A stretch of 64,000 nt of DNA from Nitrospirota bacterium. Lineage in GTDB: Bacteria; Nitrospirota; UBA9217. Each line of letters opens with the position of its first letter. Positions within the stretch are counted from its first letter, which is position 1. A program made the translations under genes and the position numbers. The notes under the pieces were generated by a model. It was not told the origin of the DNA, ran no database searches, and was given only the letters and a program-made list of their open reading frames with translations. The DNA lies in contig CAWCKW010000013.1 in the NCBI GenBank assembly GCA_963796285.1, positions 224,001-288,000 on the forward strand, read 5' to 3'. This document shows, one piece after another, positions 1 through 9,718 of this stretch.

Positions 1-673
1 ATCCATTTTAATGCCGGGGCCCATAGTAGTAGAAATAGTCACGTTCTTAAGATACTTTCCCTTACTCGAGGCAGGCTTTGCCTTCAAGATGGACTCAAGC
101 ACCGCTTTAGCATTGTCCGTCAGTTTGCTCTCGTCAAACGATGCTTTGCCCACCGGTACATGCACAATACCCGCCTTCTCCACACGATACTCCACCTTAC
201 CAGCTCTGATATCTTTAATGGCCCTTGCCACGTCGAAAGTGACCGTGCCGGTCTTGGGATTCGGCATCAAACCGCGGGGCCCGAGTACCTTACCGAGCCT
301 GCCAACGAGGCCCATGATATCCGGCGTCGCCACGACCGTATCGAAATCGGTCCAGCCTTCTTTTTGTATTTTCTCAGCGAGGTCCTCGGAACCTACATAA
401 GTCAGCTCCAGCGTCCCTCGCCTCTTTTTCCTTCTCACCCTTGGCGAAGACAAGGATCTTAACCTTTTTCCCGGTTCCGTGAGGGAGGACAACCGTTCCC
501 CGGACCATCTGGTCGGCCTGCTTGGGGTCCACTCCGAGGTTCACTGACAGATCAACGGTCTCATCGAACTTGGTCCTCGCTGTTTTCTTGGCAAGCCCGA
601 CTGCCTCTTCGAGACCATATGACTTTGTCCTGTCCACCAGTGCTGCAACTGCTTTGAATTTCTTCCCTGCCAT
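1..673 (-). CDS. rplA: 50S ribosomal protein L1 (3' end runs off the window; frameshift near 399)
   Basis: [35 protein letters not shown], continuing in another frame to [21 protein letters not shown]; downstream of rplK. Confidence 0.97.
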
Positions 674-684
674 GGTTCCTCCTC

Positions 685-715
685 GCGGTAATAGCGGCCG
701 TTGTCGGCCTCCCGC
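685..715 (-). promoter_or_regulatory. L1-binding mRNA leader (autoregulatory site)
   Basis: Minus strand GCGGGAGGCCGACAACGGCCGCTATTACCGC: two stems around a GGAG/GCTA internal loop, directly before the rplA RBS. Confidence 0.7.
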
Positions 716-775
716 AATAAAATCAATTTCGAAACACGAATTTAGGATTTAGCGCCTAGAAGTTCAAGTTGGTCG

Positions 776-1201
776 TTAATCTACTACATCCAGCCCCATG
801 CTCTTCGCCGAGCCCTCGATCATGCGCATGGCTGATTCTACGCTTGCCGCATTGAGGTCGGGCATCTTCGTCTGCGCAATCTCCTTTATCTGGGCGCGGG
901 TCACCTTACCGATCTTGTCCTTGTTCGGTACACCGGAACCCTTGACGATACCGGCGGCCTTCTTGAGCAGTTCCGCTGCCGGAGGAGTCTTGGTGATAAA
1001 GGTGAAGGACCTGTCGGAATAGACCGTGATGATAACTGGGACGATAGTATCGCCTAGCTTTTGGGTCTTGGCGTTAAACTGCTTGCAGAACTCCATGATG
1101 TTCACGCCATGCTGACCGAGCGCGGGACCTACGGGCGGTGCCGGATTGGCCTTTCCTGCTGGAACCTGAAGCTTTATTTTTCCTGTAATCTCTTTTGCCA
1201 T
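776..1201 (-). CDS. rplK: 50S ribosomal protein L11
   Basis: [28 protein letters not shown]. Confidence 0.99.
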   Translation of the reverse strand: MAKEITGKIKLQVPAGKANPAPPVGPALGQHGVNIMEFCKQFNAKTQKLGDTIVPVIITVYSDRSFTFITKTPPAAELLKKAAGIVKGSGVPNKDKIGKVTRAQIKEIAQTKMPDLNAASVESAMRMIEGSAKSMGLDVVD

Positions 1202-1262
1202 TGATAACTCCCACCTTAAATTTTAACTTTTGATCCTGACTCTAAAAATGTCAACCTTGAAT

Positions 1263-1805
1263 TTATTTTTCTTTCTCCCGCTCAACCTGAAGAAATTCCA
1301 GTTCCACCGGCGTCGAACGACCGAATATGCTCACCATCACTCGAAGCCGTCCGTGAGCAGGGTTCACGTCTTCCACCGTGCCGATGAAGCTGCTGAACGG
1401 CCCATCGATCACCCTGACCCGATCGCCCTTCTGATACGCATGCTTGGGTTGGGTCTGGGCAACGGCGCCCTCTTCCGCCTGTTTGAGGATGGCCTTCACC
1501 TCTTCATCGGAGAGCGGCGTCGGGTTCGTGCTTCCTCCGACAAAGCCTGTAACCTTGGGCGTATCTTTCACAATATGCCACGTATTGTCGTCCATCTCCA
1601 TCTCGACGAGAATGTAGCCGGGGAAAAACTTCCGCTGCGACTTGCGCTTCTTCCCCCCTTTAATGGAAAGGACCTCTTCGGTCGGGACCAGAATCTGTCC
1701 TATTTTTTCCTGCAACGAAAGTTTAGAGACGGTCTCAAGGATGCTGGCCTTTACTTTGTTCTCAAAACCCGCATACGTATGGATCACATACCAGTTCATG
1801 GGCAT
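1263..1805 (-). CDS. nusG: Transcription termination/antitermination factor NusG
   Basis: WYVIHTYAGFENKV, FFPGYILVEM, KOW motif VIDGPF. Confidence 0.98.
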   Translation of the reverse strand: MPMNWYVIHTYAGFENKVKASILETVSKLSLQEKIGQILVPTEEVLSIKGGKKRKSQRKFFPGYILVEMEMDDNTWHIVKDTPKVTGFVGGSTNPTPLSDEEVKAILKQAEEGAVAQTQPKHAYQKGDRVRVIDGPFSSFIGTVEDVNPAHGRLRVMVSIFGRSTPVELEFLQVEREKEK

Positions 1806-1813
1806 AATTGTCC

Positions 1814-1999
1814 TTACTTAAAGGCAAGGGTCATCAATCTCCCCAACCCTAAATCTACCAAACCGAGAAAAAAGGCGGCGATGAGCACGGTAGTGATCAC
1901 CACCCAGGTAGAACCTATGACCTCCTTTTTTGTCGGAAACACAACCTTTTTGAGTTCCAGCTTTACTTCTTCGAAGAATTCCGCGATCTTTTTGAACAT
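1814..1999 (-). CDS. secE: Preprotein translocase subunit SecE
   Basis: EVKLELKKVVFPTKKE plus one TM helix, between tRNA-Trp and nusG. Confidence 0.95.
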   Translation of the reverse strand: MFKKIAEFFEEVKLELKKVVFPTKKEVIGSTWVVITTVLIAAFFLGLVDLGLGRLMTLAFK

Positions 2000-2029
2000 G
2001 AGAAAGGCCTCTTTCTACACAGGAGAATA

Positions 2030-2105
2030 TGGCAGGCCAGGAGGGACTCGAACCCCCAGCAGCCGGATTTGGAGTCCGGAGCTCTACCATTAGAGCTACT
2101 GGCCT
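2030..2105 (-). tRNA. tRNA-Trp(CCA)
   Basis: Cloverleaf, anticodon loop CTCCAAA, GTTCGA T-loop, CCA end. Confidence 0.97.
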
Positions 2106-2139
2106 GTGTTCTATTCAGCAGCATCCGGATGTATCTCGA

Positions 2140-2292
2140 TTATGCTTTGGTTTCCTTATGCGTCGTGTGCTTGCGGCAGAATCGGCAATACTTGTCCAAG
2201 TTCAGCTTGTCAGGAGTATTCCTCTTGTTTTTGGTCGTTGAATAGTTTTTCCGCTTGCACTCACCGCAAGCAAGTAATACGATTTCACGCAT
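2140..2292 (-). CDS. rpmG: 50S ribosomal protein L33 (zinc-binding CxxC form)
   Basis: Hand-translated [50 protein letters not shown]; too short for the ORF track. Confidence 0.96.
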   Translation of the reverse strand: MREIVLLACGECKRKNYSTTKNKRNTPDKLNLDKYCRFCRKHTTHKETKA

Positions 2293-2381
2293 GTCAATTG
2301 CCTCACCCTTCTCGATTTCAGATTTCAGCTCGTTGATCGCGAATCATTCATTCCGCGATCCGCAGGCTTCAATGTTTTTAT

Positions 2382-3581
2382 TTACTCGATCACTTCGGTA
2401 ATAACGCCTGCGCCCACGGTCCTGCCGCCTTCGCGGATGGCAAAACGCAGGCCCTTGTCCATGGCGATCGGCCCGATAAGCTCTACCGAGCAGGTCATGT
2501 TGTCGCCCGGCATCACCATCTCGACGCCTTCAGCGAGCGTCACCACGCCCGTCACGTCCGTGGTCCGGAAATAGAACTGGGGACGGTACCCCTTGAAGAA
2601 CGGGGTGTGGCGGCCGCCTTCTTCCTTCGTGAGAACATAAGCCTCGGCCTTGAATTTGGTGTGCGGCGTGATGCTTCCCGGCTTTGCCAGGACCATGCCG
2701 CGCTCCACGTCTTCCTTCTTGATGCCGCGGAGCAGGACGCCGACGTTGTCTCCGGCTTCGCCCTGGTCCAGAAGCTTTCGAAACATCTCGACGCCCGTCA
2801 CCACGGTCTTCTGCGTGGGCTTGATGCCCACGATCTCAATTTCATCGCCTACCTTAACAATGCCGCGCTCGATCCTGCCCGTGACCACCGTTCCGCGACC
2901 GGCGATGGAGAACACGTCTTCCACCGGCATAAGATAAGGCTTGTCTATTTCGCGCTTGGGCTGGGGAATATAGCTGTCAACGGCTGCCATAAGCTCCAAG
3001 ATGCTCTTGTACTCAGGCGCATTGACGTCCTTGCTCTCGCTCTGGAGGGCCTTTAACGCACTCCCCTTCACGATCGGGGTCTTGTCCCCGGGGAACTGGT
3101 ATTTGGTCAACAGCTCACGGATCTCGAGTTCCACGAGCTCGATGAGCTCGGGGTCATCCACCATGTCCACCTTGTTCATGTATACCACGATATAGGGCAC
3201 ACCGACCTGACGGGCAAGCAGGATGTGTTCACGGGTCTGGGGCATGGGGCCGTCTGCGGCGGAGACCACGAGGATAGCTCCGTCCATCTGGGCGGCTCCC
3301 GTGATCATGTTCTTTACGTAGTCGGCATGGCCTGGGCAGTCGACATGGGCATAATGACGGTTGTCCGTCTGGTATTCCACGTGCGCCGTGGCAATCGTGA
3401 TGCCGCGTTCCCGTTCTTCCGGGGCCTTGTCGATGTTATCGTAGGAAACAAAGGTTGCGAAGTTCTTGAACGACAACACCTTCGTTATGGCCGCTGTCAA
3501 CGTCGTCTTGCCGTGGTCCACATGGCCGATGGTGCCCACGTTCACATGAGGTTTTGTCCTCTCAAATTTTGCCTTTGCCAT
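2382..3581 (-). CDS. tuf: Elongation factor Tu
   Basis: [18 protein letters not shown] GTPase motifs. Confidence 0.99.
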   Translation of the reverse strand: MAKAKFERTKPHVNVGTIGHVDHGKTTLTAAITKVLSFKNFATFVSYDNIDKAPEERERGITIATAHVEYQTDNRHYAHVDCPGHADYVKNMITGAAQMDGAILVVSAADGPMPQTREHILLARQVGVPYIVVYMNKVDMVDDPELIELVELEIRELLTKYQFPGDKTPIVKGSALKALQSESKDVNAPEYKSILELMAAVDSYIPQPKREIDKPYLMPVEDVFSIAGRGTVVTGRIERGIVKVGDEIEIVGIKPTQKTVVTGVEMFRKLLDQGEAGDNVGVLLRGIKKEDVERGMVLAKPGSITPHTKFKAEAYVLTKEEGGRHTPFFKGYRPQFYFRTTDVTGVVTLAEGVEMVMPGDNMTCSVELIGPIAMDKGLRFAIREGGRTVGAGVITEVIE

Positions 3582-3642
3582 GCATTCCTCCCTGTAAAGG
3601 TTAAAGGTCGATAGGAACTGGTTATACGCACTGCTTTTTTAC

Positions 3643-3718
3643 TGGAGCCCATGAGCGGGATCGAACCGCTGACCTCATCCTTACCAAGGATGTGCTCTGC
3701 CAACTGAGCTACATGGGC
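3643..3718 (-). tRNA. tRNA-Thr(GGT)
   Basis: Cloverleaf, anticodon loop CTTGGTAA, CCA end. Confidence 0.96.
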
Positions 3719-3770
3719 GACTTAACCTGTTTAAATGGTTAAAAACTGTTCAAGCCACTTGAATGGTTAA

Positions 3771-3847
3771 TGGAGCGGGAAACGGGATTCGAACCCGCGA
3801 CCCCAAGCTTGGAAGGCTTGCGCTCTAGCCAGCTGAGCTATTCCCGC
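3771..3847 (-). tRNA. tRNA-Gly(TCC)
   Basis: Cloverleaf, anticodon loop CTTCCAA, CCA end. Confidence 0.96.
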
Positions 3848-3925
3848 GTTTTATTTCGAATTGCGGATTGCAGATTTCAGATTTTCAATCTGCACTCCGC
3901 AATCATCAATCCGCATTTCATGAAG

Positions 3926-4011
3926 TGGTGGGGAGGGGAGGTTTCGAACCTCCGTAGGCTGACGCCGACAGATTTACAGTCTGTTCCCTTTGGCCACTCG
4001 GGCACCTCCCC
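3926..4011 (-). tRNA. tRNA-Tyr(GTA)
   Basis: Long variable arm, anticodon loop CTGTAAA, CCA end. Confidence 0.96.
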
Positions 4012-4058
4012 GATGGATACAACAAACCCTGATCTAGCATGAACAATAACTGTAAAAG

Positions 4059-4134
4059 TGGAGCCACCGAAGGGAATCGAACCCCCGACAGGCTGATTAC
4101 AAATCAGCTACTCTACCAACTGAGTTACGGTGGC
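4059..4134 (-). tRNA. tRNA-Thr(TGT)
   Basis: Anticodon loop TTTGTAA; canonical Thr-Tyr-Gly-Thr-tuf order. Confidence 0.96.
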
Positions 4135-4319
4135 AGAACCATACGGACAGACCACGCCCCTGCCTGATTAAAATAAATTCCATATCTTACCGTAAGATAG
4201 CGAAAGGAAGCATGTAATCCCGCGTCAAAGAATTGTAATTATAAGAGATTGTGGATGATCTTGTCAAGCAAAAAGATTAATACACGTGGTTTTATCAAAA
4301 TAGCCAAGTTGTACAGCGC

Positions 4320-5084
4320 TCATGACTTAGAGGAAATACCGCTCTTCTCCCGTCGCTGTCTGAGTACTTCATACAAAAGAGCCCCCGATGCTACAGATAC
4401 ATTCAGTGAATTGATCCGCCCCATGAGCGGCAGAGACACCAGATAATCGCAATGCTCCCGCACGAGCCGGCGGATGCCTTTGCCTTCCCCGCCAACCACG
4501 ATTGCGGTTGGACGAACAAAATCCGCCTCCCAATACACCAGATCACCACCCGCCTCGGCACCAGCAATCCATACGCCACTCTTTTTGAGGTTCTCGAGAG
4601 TGTTCACCATATTCACAACCTTGACAACTGGCACGTATTCCAAGGCACCGGCTGCTGTTTTGGCAGTGGTCTCCGTAAGGCCCGCCGCCCTTCGTTCGGG
4701 GATAATGACACCATGTACACCAGCAACTTCGGCTGTTCTGAGGATGGCGCCAAGATTTCTCGGGTCTTCCACACCATCAAGGATCAGGAAGAGCGGTGCT
4801 TGCCCCTTCTGAGCTGGAATCTGCAGCAAATCGTCGAGCGTGGCGTATTTACGAGCAGCAATGACAGCCAGCACACCCTGGTGCAGGGCATTCGGTGCCT
4901 CCCGGTTCAATGCGTCTCGAGTCGTCACCCTGACCTCGATGCCACTCCCCTTGGCCAGCCGGATGATCTCCCGGACCTCCCGGTCCGACTTTCGCTGCTC
5001 GGCGATCAAGACGCGCTGGACCGACCCTCCAGCCCTGAGCGCCTCGATCACAGGGTTGATCCCAAATATTTTATCTCTTTGCAT
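4320..5084 (-). CDS. rlmB: 23S rRNA Gm2251 methyltransferase (SPOUT)
   Basis: LDGVEDPRNLGAILRTA, GGEGKG, INSLNVSVA; follows cysS. Confidence 0.93.
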   Translation of the reverse strand: MQRDKIFGINPVIEALRAGGSVQRVLIAEQRKSDREVREIIRLAKGSGIEVRVTTRDALNREAPNALHQGVLAVIAARKYATLDDLLQIPAQKGQAPLFLILDGVEDPRNLGAILRTAEVAGVHGVIIPERRAAGLTETTAKTAAGALEYVPVVKVVNMVNTLENLKKSGVWIAGAEAGGDLVYWEADFVRPTAIVVGGEGKGIRRLVREHCDYLVSLPLMGRINSLNVSVASGALLYEVLRQRREKSGISSKS

Positions 5085-5228
5085 ATGATGGGGGAATCTT
5101 TAAATTCATATTTACAAACTGAAAATAATACTACGTATTCAATATCACAAACTGCGATTTGGCATTCATGTTTATTATTTGGAATTTATTGGGAAGCTGG
5201 CACTTGGGGTTTAGTGCAGATCAGTGAG

Positions 5229-6704
5229 CTACTTCGGTTTCCACACCGTGCCGTCGGACCGGTCGAAAAGCTCCACTCCGCCGTCGTCAAGAACCTTGCG
5301 TATCCGATCGGCCTCGGCCCAATCCTTACGCGCCCGGGCCTCGTTCCGGAGATGAATGAGTTCCTCGATCCGTTCGACGGAGAGCGAAACCTTGCTGTCA
5401 GCGAGCCTTCCCTCCTTGAACCATTCCTCGGGATCGCGGAGGAATATGCCGAGGGTCTTGTTCACATCGTCGAAGGACGCTGCTGCTGCCGACAACAGCA
5501 AGGTCACGGCGTCTTCGTTCTTTTTGTCCGCTTCCGCAAGGACTCTATTCACCTCGCGGACCAGATCGTAGATAAGCCCGATGGCGAAGGCGGTGTTGAA
5601 GTCATCATCCATGGCTTCTTCAAATGCCCTGGGCAGATTCAGGATCTTTTCATAAAGCGGCCGGTCAACGACCTCAATGACATCCTCGGGCCTGACTGCA
5701 GGATGTCTCTTCCCGGCGAGAAACTTTAATATCCCTTCCTTCATCGTATAAAATCGGTCGATCCCCGCCCGTGCGTCCTTAAGGTTCGCATCGGAAAAAT
5801 CGATCGGGCTGCGGTAGTGCGTGGATAGCAAGAACAGCCTCACCACCTCTCCGTCATACTGGTTCAGGATGTCCCGGATGGTAAAAAAGTTGCCGAGCGA
5901 CTTGGACATCTTCTCCTGGTTGATGTTCACGAACCCATTATGGAGCCAGTAGTTCACGAACGTTTTGCCCGAGTAGGCCTCGCTCTGCGCGATCTCGTTC
6001 TCGTGGTGCGGGAAAATCAGGTCCTTGCCGCCTGCATGAATATCGAAGGTCTGTCCCAGGTGCTTGAACCCCATGGCCGTGCACTCGATATGCCATCCCG
6101 GCCTGCCCGGCCCCCAAGGGCTGTCCCAAACCGGCTCGTCCGGCTTCGATTTCTTCCAGAGGGCGAAATCGAGCGGATCGACCTTGCGCTCGTCAACCTC
6201 TACACGCGCTCCTGCTTTCAGGTCATCGAGGTTCCGTTTTGAGAGTTTGCCATACTCCTTGAAGCTAGCCACGCGGAAGAACACGTCACCATCAATAACG
6301 TAGGCATGTCCTTTTGCCACAAGACCCTTAATGACCTCGATCATCTCTGCAATATGCTCCGTGGCCTTGGGCTCGAGGTCCGGCCTGCCAACACCCAATC
6401 GCTTCATGTCCTCCTGATACGCAACGATGTACTTATGCGCCACCTCTGAGGCAGTGATCCCTTCCTCCTTCGCGCGGTTAATGATCTTGTCGTCGACATC
6501 AGTGAAATTCCGCACATAGGTCACGTCAAAACCCTTACGCCTGAAGTACCTCTGGATCAGGTCAAAAGCCACGGCCCCGCGTGCATGTCCGAGGTGGGAA
6601 AAATCATACACGGTCACACCGCAGGCATACATGGTCATTTTGCCGGGATGAATCGGGATAAATTCCTCTTTTTTCCCGCTCAATGTATTGTAAAGCTTTA
6701 TCAT
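5229..6704 (-). CDS. cysS: Cysteine--tRNA ligase
   Basis: CGVTVYD..HLGH, GRPGWHIEC, KMSKS; start set at MIKLYNTL. Confidence 0.98.
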   Translation of the reverse strand: MIKLYNTLSGKKEEFIPIHPGKMTMYACGVTVYDFSHLGHARGAVAFDLIQRYFRRKGFDVTYVRNFTDVDDKIINRAKEEGITASEVAHKYIVAYQEDMKRLGVGRPDLEPKATEHIAEMIEVIKGLVAKGHAYVIDGDVFFRVASFKEYGKLSKRNLDDLKAGARVEVDERKVDPLDFALWKKSKPDEPVWDSPWGPGRPGWHIECTAMGFKHLGQTFDIHAGGKDLIFPHHENEIAQSEAYSGKTFVNYWLHNGFVNINQEKMSKSLGNFFTIRDILNQYDGEVVRLFLLSTHYRSPIDFSDANLKDARAGIDRFYTMKEGILKFLAGKRHPAVRPEDVIEVVDRPLYEKILNLPRAFEEAMDDDFNTAFAIGLIYDLVREVNRVLAEADKKNEDAVTLLLSAAAASFDDVNKTLGIFLRDPEEWFKEGRLADSKVSLSVERIEELIHLRNEARARKDWAEADRIRKVLDDGGVELFDRSDGTVWKPK

Positions 6705-6836
6705 AGACAAACAGTCCTCAGGTGATGTAAGCTTTTCGTAGGATAATGGCTGTTCCGCCTCAGTCGGAGTGAAGTGAAATATTATAGATTGCGGCAATCT
6801 TTGTCAAGAAGTTTCGCATACAAGAGGGGGCCAACC

Positions 6837-7343
6837 ATGACAGTCAAACCATGCAGATTCGTAGTACAGGAGCACAAAGCCTCGCGACCCCACTATGATT
6901 TCCGTCTGGAGATCAATGGCGTGCTCAAGTCCTGGGCGATCCCCAAGGGTCCGTCCATGAATCCCGCGGACAAGCGGCTCGCCATCATGGTTCCTGATCA
7001 TGTGCTCGAATACATAGACTTCGAAGGCATCATTCCCGAGGGCAATTATGGCGCTGGACCGGTGGTCGTTTGGGATGCAGGAGAATTCGTGTTGCTTGAG
7101 GCCGACGGTCCTGACGAGGCGCTGACAGCAGGCAAGCTCACTTTTGAATTGAACGGGAAGAAGCTCAAAGGCGTCTTCACCCTTGCGCAGATGAAGGGCC
7201 TCCCAAAGGGCACGGGAAAAGAATGGCTGCTCATAAAGAAGAAGGATACTTATGCGCTGCCCTACTTTGCGATAAAGACGGAGCTTACGCCCGTAAAAAT
7301 CTCAAAGCTTAAAGAACGGAAGCCGCCCTGCGATACAGAGTAG
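6837..7343 (+). CDS. Stand-alone LigD 3'-phosphoesterase domain protein
   Basis: FVVQEHKASRPHYDFRLE, LKSWAIPKGPS, HVLEYIDFEGIIPEGNYGAG. Confidence 0.9.
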   Translation: MTVKPCRFVVQEHKASRPHYDFRLEINGVLKSWAIPKGPSMNPADKRLAIMVPDHVLEYIDFEGIIPEGNYGAGPVVVWDAGEFVLLEADGPDEALTAGKLTFELNGKKLKGVFTLAQMKGLPKGTGKEWLLIKKKDTYALPYFAIKTELTPVKISKLKERKPPCDTE

Positions 7344-7609
7344 ATCTACTACCTTCTTCCCGCCCAAGGGAACTCCCGTTTCTTCCCCGGCCTGCCTAAA
7401 GTAATAAAGAGGATAAAACCGCAACCCGCGCAACCAAAACCGGCTGGGGGCAAGGCCAGTCTCAGTAAAAGAAATTTTTCTTGAGTTTTGCCTCATAAAA
7501 TACTATAGTAAGCGCTCATTGGTTCGCTACGGAAGACGCCCCTATGCGCTCCCTTCTGTTCTCTGCACTCGCTGCGGCAGAACATACCATCACTTTCAGG
7601 AGATCTATA

Positions 7610-8641
7610 ATGTCCAGAGCAGACAGGTTCATCAATGCATGCAGACGTCAGCCGGTGGACTGCACCCCGGTGTGGATGATGCGCCAGGCGGGACGCTATT
7701 TGCCGGAATACCGAGAGATCAGGGCGAAGCACACCTTCCTCGAGATGTGCAAAACACCCGAGCTCGCCGCGGAGGTGACGATCCAGCCGATCCGTCGCTA
7801 CGAAATCGACGCGGCCATCATCTTCGCGGACATCCTGCTGCCGCTCGAGCCCATGGGCATCGGCCTCGAATTCGCCAAGGGCGAGGGCCCGGTGATCCAC
7901 AATCCCGTTCGCACCATGTCGGACGTGCAGAAGCTCAAGCCCATCGACGCGGCAACACAGATCGAATACCTCATGACGGCGATCAAGATCGTCCTGAAGG
8001 AACTGAACGGCAAGGTGCCTCTGATCGGATTCTCAGGCGCGCCCTTTACGCTTGCCTCGTATATCATCGAAGGCGGCGGGTCAAGAAATTACGAGCACGC
8101 CAAGACCATGATGTTCGCCGAGCCGAAGGCCTGGCACAAGCTCATGGAACATCTGACCGGCGTCATCATCAACTACCTGAACGCCCAGATCGACACCGGC
8201 GTGCAGGTGGTCCAGCTCTTCGACTCCTGGGTCGGCGCGCTCGGACCCGCGGACTACCGCGAGTTCGTTCTGCCTCACCAGAAGAACGTGATCGCCGGCG
8301 TCAAGAAGACCGTGCCGCTCATCCACTTCGCCAACGGGGCAACGCATTTGCTTGAGATGGTTGCGGAAGCGGGCGGCGACGTGATCGGACTCGACTGGCG
8401 ATGCAACCTGGACGAGGCCTGGAAGCGCGTGGGACATGACAAGGGGGTACAGGGAAACATCGACCCCATCTCGCTCTTCGGCACGAAGGAATTCATCCGC
8501 AAGCGCACCAAGGAGATCCTTGACCGCGCCGGAAACAGAAACGGCCACATCATGAACCTGGGGCACGGCATCCTGCAGCAAACGCCGCTCGACCACGCTG
8601 CAGAGTTCATCAACGCAACGCATGAAATGAGCAAGAGATAG
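7610..8641 (+). CDS. hemE: Uroporphyrinogen decarboxylase
   Basis: PVWMMRQAGRYLPEY, NLGHG. Confidence 0.98.
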   Translation: MSRADRFINACRRQPVDCTPVWMMRQAGRYLPEYREIRAKHTFLEMCKTPELAAEVTIQPIRRYEIDAAIIFADILLPLEPMGIGLEFAKGEGPVIHNPVRTMSDVQKLKPIDAATQIEYLMTAIKIVLKELNGKVPLIGFSGAPFTLASYIIEGGGSRNYEHAKTMMFAEPKAWHKLMEHLTGVIINYLNAQIDTGVQVVQLFDSWVGALGPADYREFVLPHQKNVIAGVKKTVPLIHFANGATHLLEMVAEAGGDVIGLDWRCNLDEAWKRVGHDKGVQGNIDPISLFGTKEFIRKRTKEILDRAGNRNGHIMNLGHGILQQTPLDHAAEFINATHEMSKR

Positions 8642-8644
8642 GAC

Positions 8645-8718
8645 CAGGGTCAAGGGTTCGATAGCCAGGGTTCAGGGTAAAGACTTTCCCGGCCCTCGGA
8701 CCCTGAACCCTGACCCCC
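8645..8718. repeat. Heptamer-repeat hairpin (CAGGGTT/AACCCTG type)
   Basis: cagggtcaagggttc..cagggttcagggt pairs with accctgaaccctgacccc. Confidence 0.7.
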
Positions 8719-8726
8719 TTTTTATA

Positions 8727-9626
8727 ATGTCGAATCTCACCGCCGTCATACTCATCGCCCTTGGCGGACCCCGTTCACTTGACGAAGTCGGGCCATTTAT
8801 GGCTGCCTTCATGGAACGTCCTGCGCCGGTGCCCGTCGTCACCGCCGTGGTCGAGCGTTACAAGCTCATCGGCGGCAAGTCCCCCCTTCCCGACCTCGTC
8901 AAGGCCCAGGCAGACGCCTTGGAAAAAGAACTCGGCACCGGGTATCGGGCATACGAAGGATTCCGATATACCAAGCCGATGGTGGCTGAATCATTCGACC
9001 GGGCCATCAAGGACGGAGCTCGTCGCGTGATCGCGCTTTCCATGTCGCCTTTCTCAACCGAGGTCACGACCGGCGCATACAGAAGCGCCTGCAATGGGCT
9101 GGGAAGCGGGGAAACCTGCCCGCTCTTTATCCCGAGCTGGCATGACAATCCCCTGTTCATCGACTCATGGGGTGAAAAGGTCCGAGCAGGACTTGCCAGG
9201 TTTCCAGAAACTCTGCGGGACCGGGTCGTCGTCATCTTCACGAGTCACAGCATCCCCATCCGATACATCGCAGCCGGCGACCCGTACCAAAAACAAGTTG
9301 AAGAAACTGTCGGTCTTGTCGTCAACAAGACCGGAATAAAAAACTGGCGCATTGCCTGGCAAAGCAAGGGTGCGCGGGCGACGGAACCCTGGATCGGGCC
9401 CGAGGTAGAGCCCACGCTTGACCAGATCGCCCGTGAAGGCTTCAAATCGATTCTTGAAGTTCCTATCGGTTTCACCTGTGACCACATGGAGACGCTCTAT
9501 GACATCGATATCGTCCATCGGGCGCATGCGAAAAAGCTGGGGCTCAAGTTTGAACGCGCTGAGTCTCTGAACACCTCGCCGCTCTTTATTAAAACCCTGG
9601 CGGATATTATAAAAAAAATAGTATAA
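8727..9626 (+). CDS. hemH: Ferrochelatase
   Basis: IGGKSPL, FTSHSIP, GDPY, PIGFTCDHMETLYDID. Confidence 0.95.
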   Translation: MSNLTAVILIALGGPRSLDEVGPFMAAFMERPAPVPVVTAVVERYKLIGGKSPLPDLVKAQADALEKELGTGYRAYEGFRYTKPMVAESFDRAIKDGARRVIALSMSPFSTEVTTGAYRSACNGLGSGETCPLFIPSWHDNPLFIDSWGEKVRAGLARFPETLRDRVVVIFTSHSIPIRYIAAGDPYQKQVEETVGLVVNKTGIKNWRIAWQSKGARATEPWIGPEVEPTLDQIAREGFKSILEVPIGFTCDHMETLYDIDIVHRAHAKKLGLKFERAESLNTSPLFIKTLADIIKKIV

Positions 9627-9718
9627 TAGGTAAGTCACCGAAGATAGCAAAGACGAAGAATAAGGGTAAGAACTTCTTCTTGGTGACTTGATAAGATCGT
9701 GGTAAAAAGAGGACATAC

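Noticed and set aside
374-400. Programmed frameshifting in rplA or groEL
   Set aside because: No slippery sequence; best explained by the window-wide indel errors.
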